A stretch of 64,000 bases of DNA from an uncultured Acidobacteriaceae bacterium (GTDB taxonomy: Bacteria > Acidobacteriota > Terriglobia > Terriglobales > Acidobacteriaceae): NCBI GenBank assembly GCA_963787915.1, contig CAWBEP010000017.1, forward strand, positions 34,439 to 98,438. The letters run 5' to 3'. The notes under the pieces are model-generated. The model saw nothing but the letters and a program-made list of their open reading frames with translations, searched no databases and had not been told where the DNA came from. The position numbers and the translations under genes are program-made. The stretch's first letter is position 1. Each line of letters begins with the position of its first letter. Shown piece after piece: positions 48,145-55,481 of this stretch.

Positions 48145-48203
48145 GAAAGGCAGCTGAGAAAGCGGTCAGCTAAGAAGCGTTCAGTAGAGAAACGGTCAGC
48201 GAG
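48145..48203. repeat. four degenerate 13-16 nt direct repeats (core GAAa-CGGTCAGC)
   Basis: The units are gaaaggcagctga, gaaagcggtcagctaa, gaagcgttcagtaga and gaaacggtcagcgag, read directly from the sequence. Confidence 0.45.
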
Positions 48204-48303
48204 CCACCAAAGTCGTCTACGTGCATGAGTCCGAGGTCATACTCCATAGGTCAACCTTAGGTTTTCCGTCGATAATTCTGATTCCGGCAATAACGAAGCC
48301 CTT

Positions 48304-48654
48304 TTACTTCCATTCTTCTCTCGTGGCATAGGCGCAACCGATCATGACGAAATTGCCCTTGTCGACCCTCACCTCCCGCAATTCAAAGGAACGCAGCCGG
48401 GGGTATCCAGTGCCGATTGTTTCCCGCATCGCAGAAACGAACTGCTGCCTGTCCAGATCGGGCGCATCCCGATGCCCCAGCAAAAGCTCGTTTTTCAAGT
48501 CGGACGTCTGATCTTGAATTTCCCAAAGGCCGGCGCAATCTTGTTTGATCTGATCGTGTACGTAACTCTCAACGACGGGCTTCAATAAAGACTTCTGTTC
48601 AGGTGCCAACGTTGAATATGGGTCACCGGTCGCGCCCCAAAGCCCCGAGGTCAC
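48304..48654 (-). CDS. hypothetical protein in low-GC islet (possibly 5'-truncated)
   Basis: 116-aa ORF with a GTG start. The in-frame upstream residues (..CPAVLLV) look like the tail of a signal peptide cut off by a TGA. Local G+C is about 49%. Confidence 0.3.
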   Translation of the reverse strand: MTSGLWGATGDPYSTLAPEQKSLLKPVVESYVHDQIKQDCAGLWEIQDQTSDLKNELLLGHRDAPDLDRQQFVSAMRETIGTGYPRLRSFELREVRVDKGNFVMIGCAYATREEWK

Positions 48655-48866
48655 AAGAAGAACCGCCGGACAGACTCAACCTGCCATCGCGCCGAATTAT
48701 AGCGGAGTTAGAGCCCGGGGGTTTGCGCTCCCGAAGGGGACGACCCCTGAAGCCAATGGTGCAGAAAAGCAGCTAAAGGCAGCGGATCGCTGAATCGGAA
48801 TGGGGGTCAAGAGTGGAGCTTTTGTGATATACCCTTTAACGTGTACACCGTAGGGCGTATAGTGAG

Positions 48867-49229
48867 ATGGAATGGACGGTTCTCCTGGCAGAGGATTTCG
48901 AAACGGAGTTCCTGGCCCTGCCGAAGGAAGTACAGGACGAAGCCCTGGCGACCGCGCGTTTGCTGCAGCGTTTCGGTCCACAACTGGGGCGTCCGCGGGC
49001 GGATACGCTCAGTGTTTCTCGGCAGGCCAACATGAAAGAACTTCGTTTCGATGCGGCCGACGGCGTGTGGCGGGTGGCATTCGCTTTTGATCCAAGGCGC
49101 CGGGCGATCCTGCTGGTTGGCGGTGACAAATCGGGAGGAAGTGAGAAGAGGTTTTATCGAGAGTTGATCCGCAAAGCCGATGAACGCTTCGATGCGCATC
49201 TGGAGCGGATCAGGAAGGCAGGTGAATAG
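48867..49229 (+). CDS. RelE/ParE-superfamily toxin (HigB-like / Gp49-like)
   Basis: ...MKELRFDAADGVWRVAFAFDPRRRAILLVGGDKSG..KRFYRELIRKADERF is typical of this toxin family. The gene lies upstream of an XRE gene. Confidence 0.7.
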   Translation: MEWTVLLAEDFETEFLALPKEVQDEALATARLLQRFGPQLGRPRADTLSVSRQANMKELRFDAADGVWRVAFAFDPRRRAILLVGGDKSGGSEKRFYRELIRKADERFDAHLERIRKAGE

Positions 49230-49235
49230 ATAGTC

Positions 49236-49556
49236 ATGGCGCGAAACGTGGATGACATCATCAAGGGTTTGCCGGCCGCGCGTCGGCGCGGCATCGAACG
49301 GCGCGCGAAAAAGCTGATCGCCGAGGAAATGACTCTGCAGGAGCTGCGGCGCGCGCGCGCCATGACCCAGGTTCGCATGGCGAAGACACTGGGAGTGGCG
49401 CAGAAGCAGATATCGGAGATCGAGCGGAGAACGGACATGCATATCTCAACGCTGCGGCGCTCGATTGAAGCGATGGGAGGAAAACTGTCGCTGGTTGCCG
49501 AGTTCCCCGACCGGGAACCTGTGGTATTGTCCGGCATCGCCGCGCTGGGTCGCTGA
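49236..49556 (+). CDS. XRE-family HTH antitoxin (HigA-like)
   Basis: HTH MTQVRMAKTLGVAQKQISEIERR. It starts 6 nt after the toxin stop. Confidence 0.75.
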   Translation: MARNVDDIIKGLPAARRRGIERRAKKLIAEEMTLQELRRARAMTQVRMAKTLGVAQKQISEIERRTDMHISTLRRSIEAMGGKLSLVAEFPDREPVVLSGIAALGR

Positions 49557-49613
49557 GGAAATTGACAAGGATTGGGGTGTCGATGAAACTTGTGTGAACG
49601 GTACGAATAGCTG

Positions 49614-51080
49614 CTATGCGGTAGCGGCGGTGGGCTGCTCCTGAAGCGAGTGCAGCACCGACTCCGCAGCCTGCTGGCCGGTGCGGATGCAGTCTGGAAC
49701 GCCGATGCCTTCGTAGGCGTTGCCGGCAAGCGCGATCCCAGGCAGCGCGGTCATGCTGTCCCGGACCAGTTGCATGCGCTCGAGATGGCCGACGGCATAT
49801 TGCGCCATCGACTGACGCCAGCGGTAGATGCGCACGAAATTCGGCTGAGCGTGCAGGTGAAGGATCTCGGCCAGCTCCTTCAGCGCAATCTCGGTGAGGC
49901 GGGCGTCGGTCTCATCGAGAAGGTGGTCGTTGCCCGAGCCGCCAAGGAAGCAACGCAGAACGCCCTTGTCCGGCGGCGTGCGCCCCGCGAATTTGGCATG
50001 GACGAAGGTGCAGGCGAGCATGCTGCGGCCTTCGGTTGCCGGGACGAGGTAGCCGAAACCTGCGGGGAGACTGCGCAGATCCGCCATGTTGTAGCCGAGC
50101 GTCATGGTGATCGAGGAACTATAGGGCACACTCGCGAGCGCTTCGGCGAGCGGCGCATCGAGCGGACGCAGCAGTCTGGCCGATGACCAGGCAGGCAGCG
50201 CGAGGATGACCCCATCAAAGCGTTCGGAGCCGAAGGCCGTTTCAACAGTCCATCCGGTCTCGGGTGCAGGGTTGAGGCGCGCGCGGCGGGCATCAGGCGC
50301 GGGCCGAGCGATGGCCTGGACCGCCGAGCTCAGATGCACTGTGCCCGGCTGGAGCTGGGCGGCGATAGCGTCGACCATCTGCCGCATGCCGCCCCGCAGC
50401 GTGGTGAACAGGGGTCGCGGTGAGCCGGATTTCGCGCTGGAGGGTGGGGCATTTTTGCGGGCTGCGAGCATGGCGCGCGAGAGGCTGCCGTACTTCTCCT
50501 CCATGGCGACCATCCGCGGCAGAACCGCGCGTACGCTCAGCTGCGAGGCATTGCCGCCATAAACTCCCGACAGCAGCGGCGAGACCAGGCGGTCGACGGT
50601 TTCCTGGCCGAAGTGGCGGCGCGTCATTTCGGCGACGGATTCATCGGCCGTGGCCGGCGGCGGAGGAAAAAGAAACTCGCGCGCCATGTGGAGCTTCGTC
50701 GACCAGGAGAAGAGGCGCGTGAAAGCAGTTGGCACCAGCTTCGTCGGTACCATGAACATCAAGCCGTCGGGCAGCGGGATAAGACGGTTCCTGACGACGA
50801 TAAAAGTTTTGCGCTCGCTGTCGTTCGAGCCGAGCAGCTGATCGGCGATGCCGAGTTCGCGGCAGAGAGTGGCGGCAGCGGGCTTTTCGGTGAGGAACGA
50901 ATCGGGGCCGCCTTCGATGACACAGCCGTCGATGGTCTCTGAGCCAATGACGCCACCCAGGCTGCCGGCAGCTTCATAAAGCTGGTACTCAATCGGCTCT
51001 CCGGCGCGGCGCGCCTTCTCCAGAGTCCAGGCGGCGCTGAGGCCAGCGATCCCGCCGCCAATGATGGCGATTTTCCTCAC
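49614..51080 (-). CDS. hemY: protoporphyrinogen / coproporphyrinogen III oxidase (HemY/CgoX type FAD oxidase)
   Basis: IAIIGGGIAGLSAAW, GGVIGSE, EGGPDSFL and GVYGGNASQLS. The GTG start overlaps the upstream stop (GTGA). Confidence 0.8.
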   Translation of the reverse strand: MRKIAIIGGGIAGLSAAWTLEKARRAGEPIEYQLYEAAGSLGGVIGSETIDGCVIEGGPDSFLTEKPAAATLCRELGIADQLLGSNDSERKTFIVVRNRLIPLPDGLMFMVPTKLVPTAFTRLFSWSTKLHMAREFLFPPPPATADESVAEMTRRHFGQETVDRLVSPLLSGVYGGNASQLSVRAVLPRMVAMEEKYGSLSRAMLAARKNAPPSSAKSGSPRPLFTTLRGGMRQMVDAIAAQLQPGTVHLSSAVQAIARPAPDARRARLNPAPETGWTVETAFGSERFDGVILALPAWSSARLLRPLDAPLAEALASVPYSSSITMTLGYNMADLRSLPAGFGYLVPATEGRSMLACTFVHAKFAGRTPPDKGVLRCFLGGSGNDHLLDETDARLTEIALKELAEILHLHAQPNFVRIYRWRQSMAQYAVGHLERMQLVRDSMTALPGIALAGNAYEGIGVPDCIRTGQQAAESVLHSLQEQPTAATA

Positions 51081-52309
51081 GAATGGGCGACCTCTAACTG
51101 AATCAGATCATGGGCGGCGCATGCAGGGGAAGCGTCTTTGCGATTTGGATCGGGGTGGTAGCCGCGCGGCTGATAGATGCAGCAGGGTTCCTCGGCCATC
51201 ACGTCGCCGGTCACGGCGTAGGCACGCGCCCGCGATCCACCGCAGATATTGCGGAATTCGCATGCGCCGCATTTGCCGTCCAGCAGATCGGAATCGCGGA
51301 GCTTCACGAAGATGGGCGACTCCTGATAGATGTGCGCGAGGGTGTCGTTGTGCAGATCGCCGCCCTCGATGGGCAGGAAGCCGCTGGGGTAAACCTTGCC
51401 GATGTGGGAGATGAAGACGAAGCCGCGTCCATCGTTGACCCGCTTGGTGGCCCAGCCGACTGCCTTGTCTTCGGAACCGCGGCCAGGATGGCCCGAGCTG
51501 ACCGTCCAGCCCGGATGCGTCGTCGGACGAGCGCCGGCGTCGTCGTGAACGCCTGTCGTGGGGAGGTTCTCCTTCATGCGCTGCTGGATCAGGTAGCGGC
51601 GGTAGTGCATGGCTTCTGTGGTTTTGATGGCGAAGGGGACACGCTTGGTCAGATCCCACATTTTTGCAAAGACGTCTTCGAATTCCTGGCCGGTCAGCAG
51701 ATCGTCGGTCTTGCCGCGCCCGACGGGCACGAGGAAGAAGAAGCTCCACATCACGATCTGCTTGAGCGTGAGAAGGGTCGCAAGGTTGTCAAGATCGGCG
51801 ATGTTGAGCCGGCTGACGACGGTGTGGACCTGGATGGGCAGCTGCGCTTCGTTCGCCCACTGGATGGCCTGCACCGTGCGCTCCCAGGTACCGGGAATGC
51901 CGCGGATCGAGTCGTGAATAGCGGGCACGGAGCCGTCGAGCGAAACGGCCAGCCGCGACAGGCCAGACTCCTTCATGCGAAAGATGGCGTCGCGGGTGAG
52001 CAACGGCGTGGCGCTGGGTGTCAGCGCGGCATGGACGCCTTTGGAGGCGGCGTGCTGGATGAGTTCGAAGATATCGGGACGCTTGAGCGGGTCGCCACCG
52101 GTGAAGACAAACAGCGGCACTTCGAGCTCGGCAATCTGGTCGATCAGATTCTTTGCTTCTGCGGTGGAGAGCTGGTTGTCGTGCGCCAGCGGTTGCGCGG
52201 AGGCGCGGCAGTGCTTACAGGCAAGGTCGCACGCCTGGGTCGTCTCCCAGATAGCAAGAAAGGGCGCCCGATCGTAGTCGAGTTTGGTCATGGCCTGGCG
52301 GATGTCCAT
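51077..52309 (-). CDS. radical SAM/SPASM-domain protein
   Basis: CDLACKHC (CxxxCxxC) lies near the N-terminus. A C-terminal Cys cluster GKCGACEFRNICGG...CC is present. Confidence 0.8.
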   Translation of the reverse strand: MDIRQAMTKLDYDRAPFLAIWETTQACDLACKHCRASAQPLAHDNQLSTAEAKNLIDQIAELEVPLFVFTGGDPLKRPDIFELIQHAASKGVHAALTPSATPLLTRDAIFRMKESGLSRLAVSLDGSVPAIHDSIRGIPGTWERTVQAIQWANEAQLPIQVHTVVSRLNIADLDNLATLLTLKQIVMWSFFFLVPVGRGKTDDLLTGQEFEDVFAKMWDLTKRVPFAIKTTEAMHYRRYLIQQRMKENLPTTGVHDDAGARPTTHPGWTVSSGHPGRGSEDKAVGWATKRVNDGRGFVFISHIGKVYPSGFLPIEGGDLHNDTLAHIYQESPIFVKLRDSDLLDGKCGACEFRNICGGSRARAYAVTGDVMAEEPCCIYQPRGYHPDPNRKDASPACAAHDLIQLEVAHS

Positions 52310-52574
52310 GGAATCAGGAGAGCAGGGGAGGTGCCGGGTGGGATGTGATGGGAGTCACAAAGGGAAGGGGACCGGCAATCCGGGAACGGGAAAGTGCGAC
52401 ATCGAATCGCTGCGAGCCCGGCTACCACGAAAAACTCCACCACTAAGGCCGCAGAGGACACAGTAAAGACGCGATGTTTCGGAGGAGGAAATTCCACGAG
52501 AACTCTATCCTTTCTCGGCGGTCTTTTAGATCTCTGCGGTGAGTAAATCAGGGGGCAAGAAATGACCTGCGTAG

Positions 52575-52970
52575 CTACGCTTTTTGGATATCGACGAGCC
52601 TGAGACCGGGAACCCGGAAAAAATGGCTTCGATTGCGGGTGAGCAAAGGCAAGTCGTGGGCGACAGCGATGCCGGCGATGAGACTGTCGGCCAAGCCGAT
52701 GGACTTGCCGCTCTTTTCGAGACGACGGATGAACCCGGCTGCTCTCTCGGCAGAACCGAAATCGAGAGGCAAAACGTAAAGGGACTGGGCAAGTTCCCGG
52801 GTTGCACGAGCCCGTTTTCCTTCGTCGCCGCCGCTGAGCAACTCGAACACCGTGATGACGGTGGTAGCCAGTTCCTCGGCGCCGATGTAGCGGGCTATTT
52901 GATCGTGTACCGGCGAAATCCCGTGGAGGAAATCGATAAGGACATCGGTGTCAGCGATGATCAACGCCAC
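52575..52970 (-). CDS. vapC: PIN-domain ribonuclease toxin VapC
   Basis: LIIADTDVLIDFL..., VFELLSG and LLTRNRSHF match PIN acidic-residue positions. Confidence 0.8.
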   Translation of the reverse strand: MALIIADTDVLIDFLHGISPVHDQIARYIGAEELATTVITVFELLSGGDEGKRARATRELAQSLYVLPLDFGSAERAAGFIRRLEKSGKSIGLADSLIAGIAVAHDLPLLTRNRSHFFRVPGLRLVDIQKA

Positions 52971-53215
52971 TGCTCTCGAAGTTTGCGAGAGACCTGCCTG
53001 AGATGTTCCGCATCCTTTGCGGAGAGCGATCCTCCGAGTGCGAGCAACCGGGTTTTCCGCTTTGCCCGCTCATCCTCGCCCTGCAGGTAGGTATCAATGA
53101 TCTCCGCCAGGACTCCGGAGAACCCTTTTTTTTCGCGCTTTGCAGCGAGAGCCACCAGAGCGGCGCGGTGCTCGCGCTTCATTTCGACAGTTGTGCGCAC
53201 ACTTCGACTATACAT
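52961..53215 (-). CDS. VapB-type antitoxin (hypothetical, 84 aa)
   Basis: Small charged ORF immediately upstream of vapC and overlapping it. Confidence 0.55.
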   Translation of the reverse strand: MYSRSVRTTVEMKREHRAALVALAAKREKKGFSGVLAEIIDTYLQGEDERAKRKTRLLALGGSLSAKDAEHLRQVSRKLREQWR

Positions 53216-53266
53216 GCATGTGCATGCATTTCGGCAAACCCCACGTCTCTGGGCAATCGCTGTTGG

Positions 53267-54139
53267 TTACGCAGCGCGGCGTTGTTCGCTGGCGGCGAGG
53301 TCGTGGATGAACTCGCGCAAAGTGCGCGGCTCGCGGGAGAGAATCGCCCGGAGAACCAGCGCGTTCCCGCCGGGGAAGCCGTGGCGATCGTAATCCGCAA
53401 ACATCTGGCGCATCCCGTCGCGGACCGGGCCAGGCGGCAGGTGATTAGCGTTGGCCCATTCATCGAACTGCACCTCTCCGGCTCGAACGCGGAAGCCGAG
53501 AGCTTCGCTCATCAGTTCAGCCAGCTCAATGCGGTCCACCATGCCAGGAGCGCAGAGTTCGAAGGTGCCGTAGTCGAGGCGATTGCTCGAGAACGCCAGC
53601 CCCACAACCTCCGCGACATCGCAGTAATCCACGTAGGAAGCTCTCTGATAGACCGAATAGGGCAGTGCGAAGCGCGCGCGCCGGACCACATCCGGCCATG
53701 CGCTCTCGAGGTTTTGCATGAACATGGTCGGCTGGAGGACGGTGAAGTTCATCCCGGATTGATACAGCACCTCCTCAACGGGCAACTTCGCAGCGTGGTT
53801 GCTGAGGCCGAGGATGGAGGGATGGATGACGCCGGAAAAGACGAAGCGTCGAACGCCCGCGGCGCGCGCACCTTCGATCATGGCGATGCCCATGTCGAAC
53901 TCGTGGGGCGCAAAAGCGGGGTTAATGTGGAAGACACCGTCCATGCCCCTGGCAGCGTTGAGCAGGCTGGTAGGATTCTCGAGATTGCCGAGGACGGTCT
54001 CATCGGCACCGCGCTCGCGCGCAGAAGCTTCCTGGCTCTGGTCCCGGATCAGCGCGCGCACGGTAACGCCTCGCTTTTTCAACTCCGGAACGACCAGTCC
54101 GGCATATCGGCCTGTCGCACCAACGACCAGAACCCGCAT
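53267..54139 (-). CDS. NmrA-like NAD(P)-binding protein (atypical SDR)
   Basis: GGAGGA precedes the ATG at 54137-54139. N-terminus is MRVLVVGATGRYAG. Confidence 0.75.
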   Translation of the reverse strand: MRVLVVGATGRYAGLVVPELKKRGVTVRALIRDQSQEASARERGADETVLGNLENPTSLLNAARGMDGVFHINPAFAPHEFDMGIAMIEGARAAGVRRFVFSGVIHPSILGLSNHAAKLPVEEVLYQSGMNFTVLQPTMFMQNLESAWPDVVRRARFALPYSVYQRASYVDYCDVAEVVGLAFSSNRLDYGTFELCAPGMVDRIELAELMSEALGFRVRAGEVQFDEWANANHLPPGPVRDGMRQMFADYDRHGFPGGNALVLRAILSREPRTLREFIHDLAASEQRRAA

Positions 54140-54344
54140 CGAGTCCTCCACTTCTATTTGCGCATAAGAAGCGGCCGAATGGGAGCCGGATGCCTTTCCT
54201 TACTAATAACTATCCCAGGGCGTCCGAACTTTCGTGTTATGGTCAGCGGCGGCTGAGGGGATTTTGAAAATCGCGTACAGCGGCGTATCAGAGCTGTACC
54301 CCCTCCACGCCGTTCCGGCGCGCCATTCACGGTATAATTACAGC

Positions 54345-55370
54345 GTGAGTTCAACCGTTACCGAGACCCCAGTCGCTCCCCGGCACACGGCGTCCAGCTC
54401 GAGCGAAAGACGCGTCCTGCTGTTGAAACCCCGCGGTTTTTGCGCAGGCGTGGTTCGGGCAATTGACATTGTGCGCATCGCCCTCGAAACCTTTGGAGCG
54501 CCGATTTATGTGCGCAAGGAGATCGTCCATAACCGCTTTGTTGTGAATGAACTGGCGGAAAAGGGCGCGATCTTTGTGGACGATATTCACCAGGTTCCCG
54601 AAGGCGCACGCGTCATCTACTCGGCGCATGGCGTTTCGCCAGCGGTCCGCGAGCAGTCGAAAGAGCGCAAGCTCAAGGTGATTGACGCGACCTGCCCACT
54701 GGTGACCAAGGTTCACGTCGAAGCAGTGAAGTTCGCTCAACAGGGCTATTCGCTTGTATTGATCGGCCACCGCGATCACGACGAGATTGAAGGCACCCTG
54801 GGTGAGGCTCCCAATGTCACTCAGGTTGTATCGAGTGTCGAGGAAGTGCGAACGCTGGAAGTGCCGGACCCGGAACATGTGGCTTACCTGACCCAGACAA
54901 CGCTGTCTCTCGACGAATCCCGCGACATCATTCAGGCCCTGAAGCAGAAATTCCCGAAGATGGTCGGGCCCCATTCCCAGGACATTTGCTACGCAACGGA
55001 GAATCGCCAGGTCGCGGTGAAGAACGTCGCACACAGCGCCGATCTGGTGCTGGTTGTGGGTTCGAACAACAGCTCGAATTCGAATCGGTTAGTCGAAGTT
55101 TCGCGCAATCTTGGGACCCAGGGCTATCTGATCGACAATGCCGACGCAATCCATCCGGAATGGTTAGAGGGCGTCAGTAACGTGGCGGTTACGGCTGGTG
55201 CTTCGGCGCCGGAGATCCTGGTCGAGGGTGTTATCGAGTATCTGAAGCGCAACGGCTTCGGAACGGTCGAGGAAGTCGAAGTGATGCCGGAAAACGTCCG
55301 GTTCGGGCTTCCGCCGGAGATCGTTCAGGCGATTCAGTCGGCTCCTCCGCCAACCCCCGCGGGAGTCTGA
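54345..55370 (+). CDS. ispH: 4-hydroxy-3-methylbut-2-enyl diphosphate reductase
   Basis: KPRGFCAGVVRAIDIV, SAHGVSP, DATCPLVTKVH and GSNNSSNSNRL. The start is uncertain: GTG at 54345 or GTG at 54234. Confidence 0.85.
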   Translation: MSSTVTETPVAPRHTASSSSERRVLLLKPRGFCAGVVRAIDIVRIALETFGAPIYVRKEIVHNRFVVNELAEKGAIFVDDIHQVPEGARVIYSAHGVSPAVREQSKERKLKVIDATCPLVTKVHVEAVKFAQQGYSLVLIGHRDHDEIEGTLGEAPNVTQVVSSVEEVRTLEVPDPEHVAYLTQTTLSLDESRDIIQALKQKFPKMVGPHSQDICYATENRQVAVKNVAHSADLVLVVGSNNSSNSNRLVEVSRNLGTQGYLIDNADAIHPEWLEGVSNVAVTAGASAPEILVEGVIEYLKRNGFGTVEEVEVMPENVRFGLPPEIVQAIQSAPPPTPAGV

Positions 55371-55481
55371 GAATACGCGCAACCGGGGTGGGTGCGGGCA
55401 TCCAAACATCATGGGCCCATTCAATGCATCTTCATTGGCGGAGCGCCATCAGTATTAGAGGAAACGTGGTTCCTTGAACGC

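Noticed and set aside
48145-48203. The repeat array considered as a mini-CRISPR.
   Set aside because: The units are contiguous with no spacers, are only 13-16 nt long and are degenerate. No cas genes are present in the window.
49614-51080. Possibility that the FAD oxidase is HpnE (hydroxysqualene dehydroxylase), given the hopanoid genes 4 kb away.
   Set aside because: The motifs EGGPDSFL and GVYGGNASQLS and the overall length fit HemY/CgoX-type porphyrinogen oxidases better. The gene is on the opposite strand and is separated from ispH-shc by a VapBC pair and an NmrA gene.
55058-55090. GGTTCGAA / TTCGAATC strings resembling tRNA T-arms.
   Set aside because: They lie inside the ispH coding frame (GSNNSSNSNRL), and no acceptor or anticodon stems can be drawn. 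No convincing tRNA was seen anywhere in the window.
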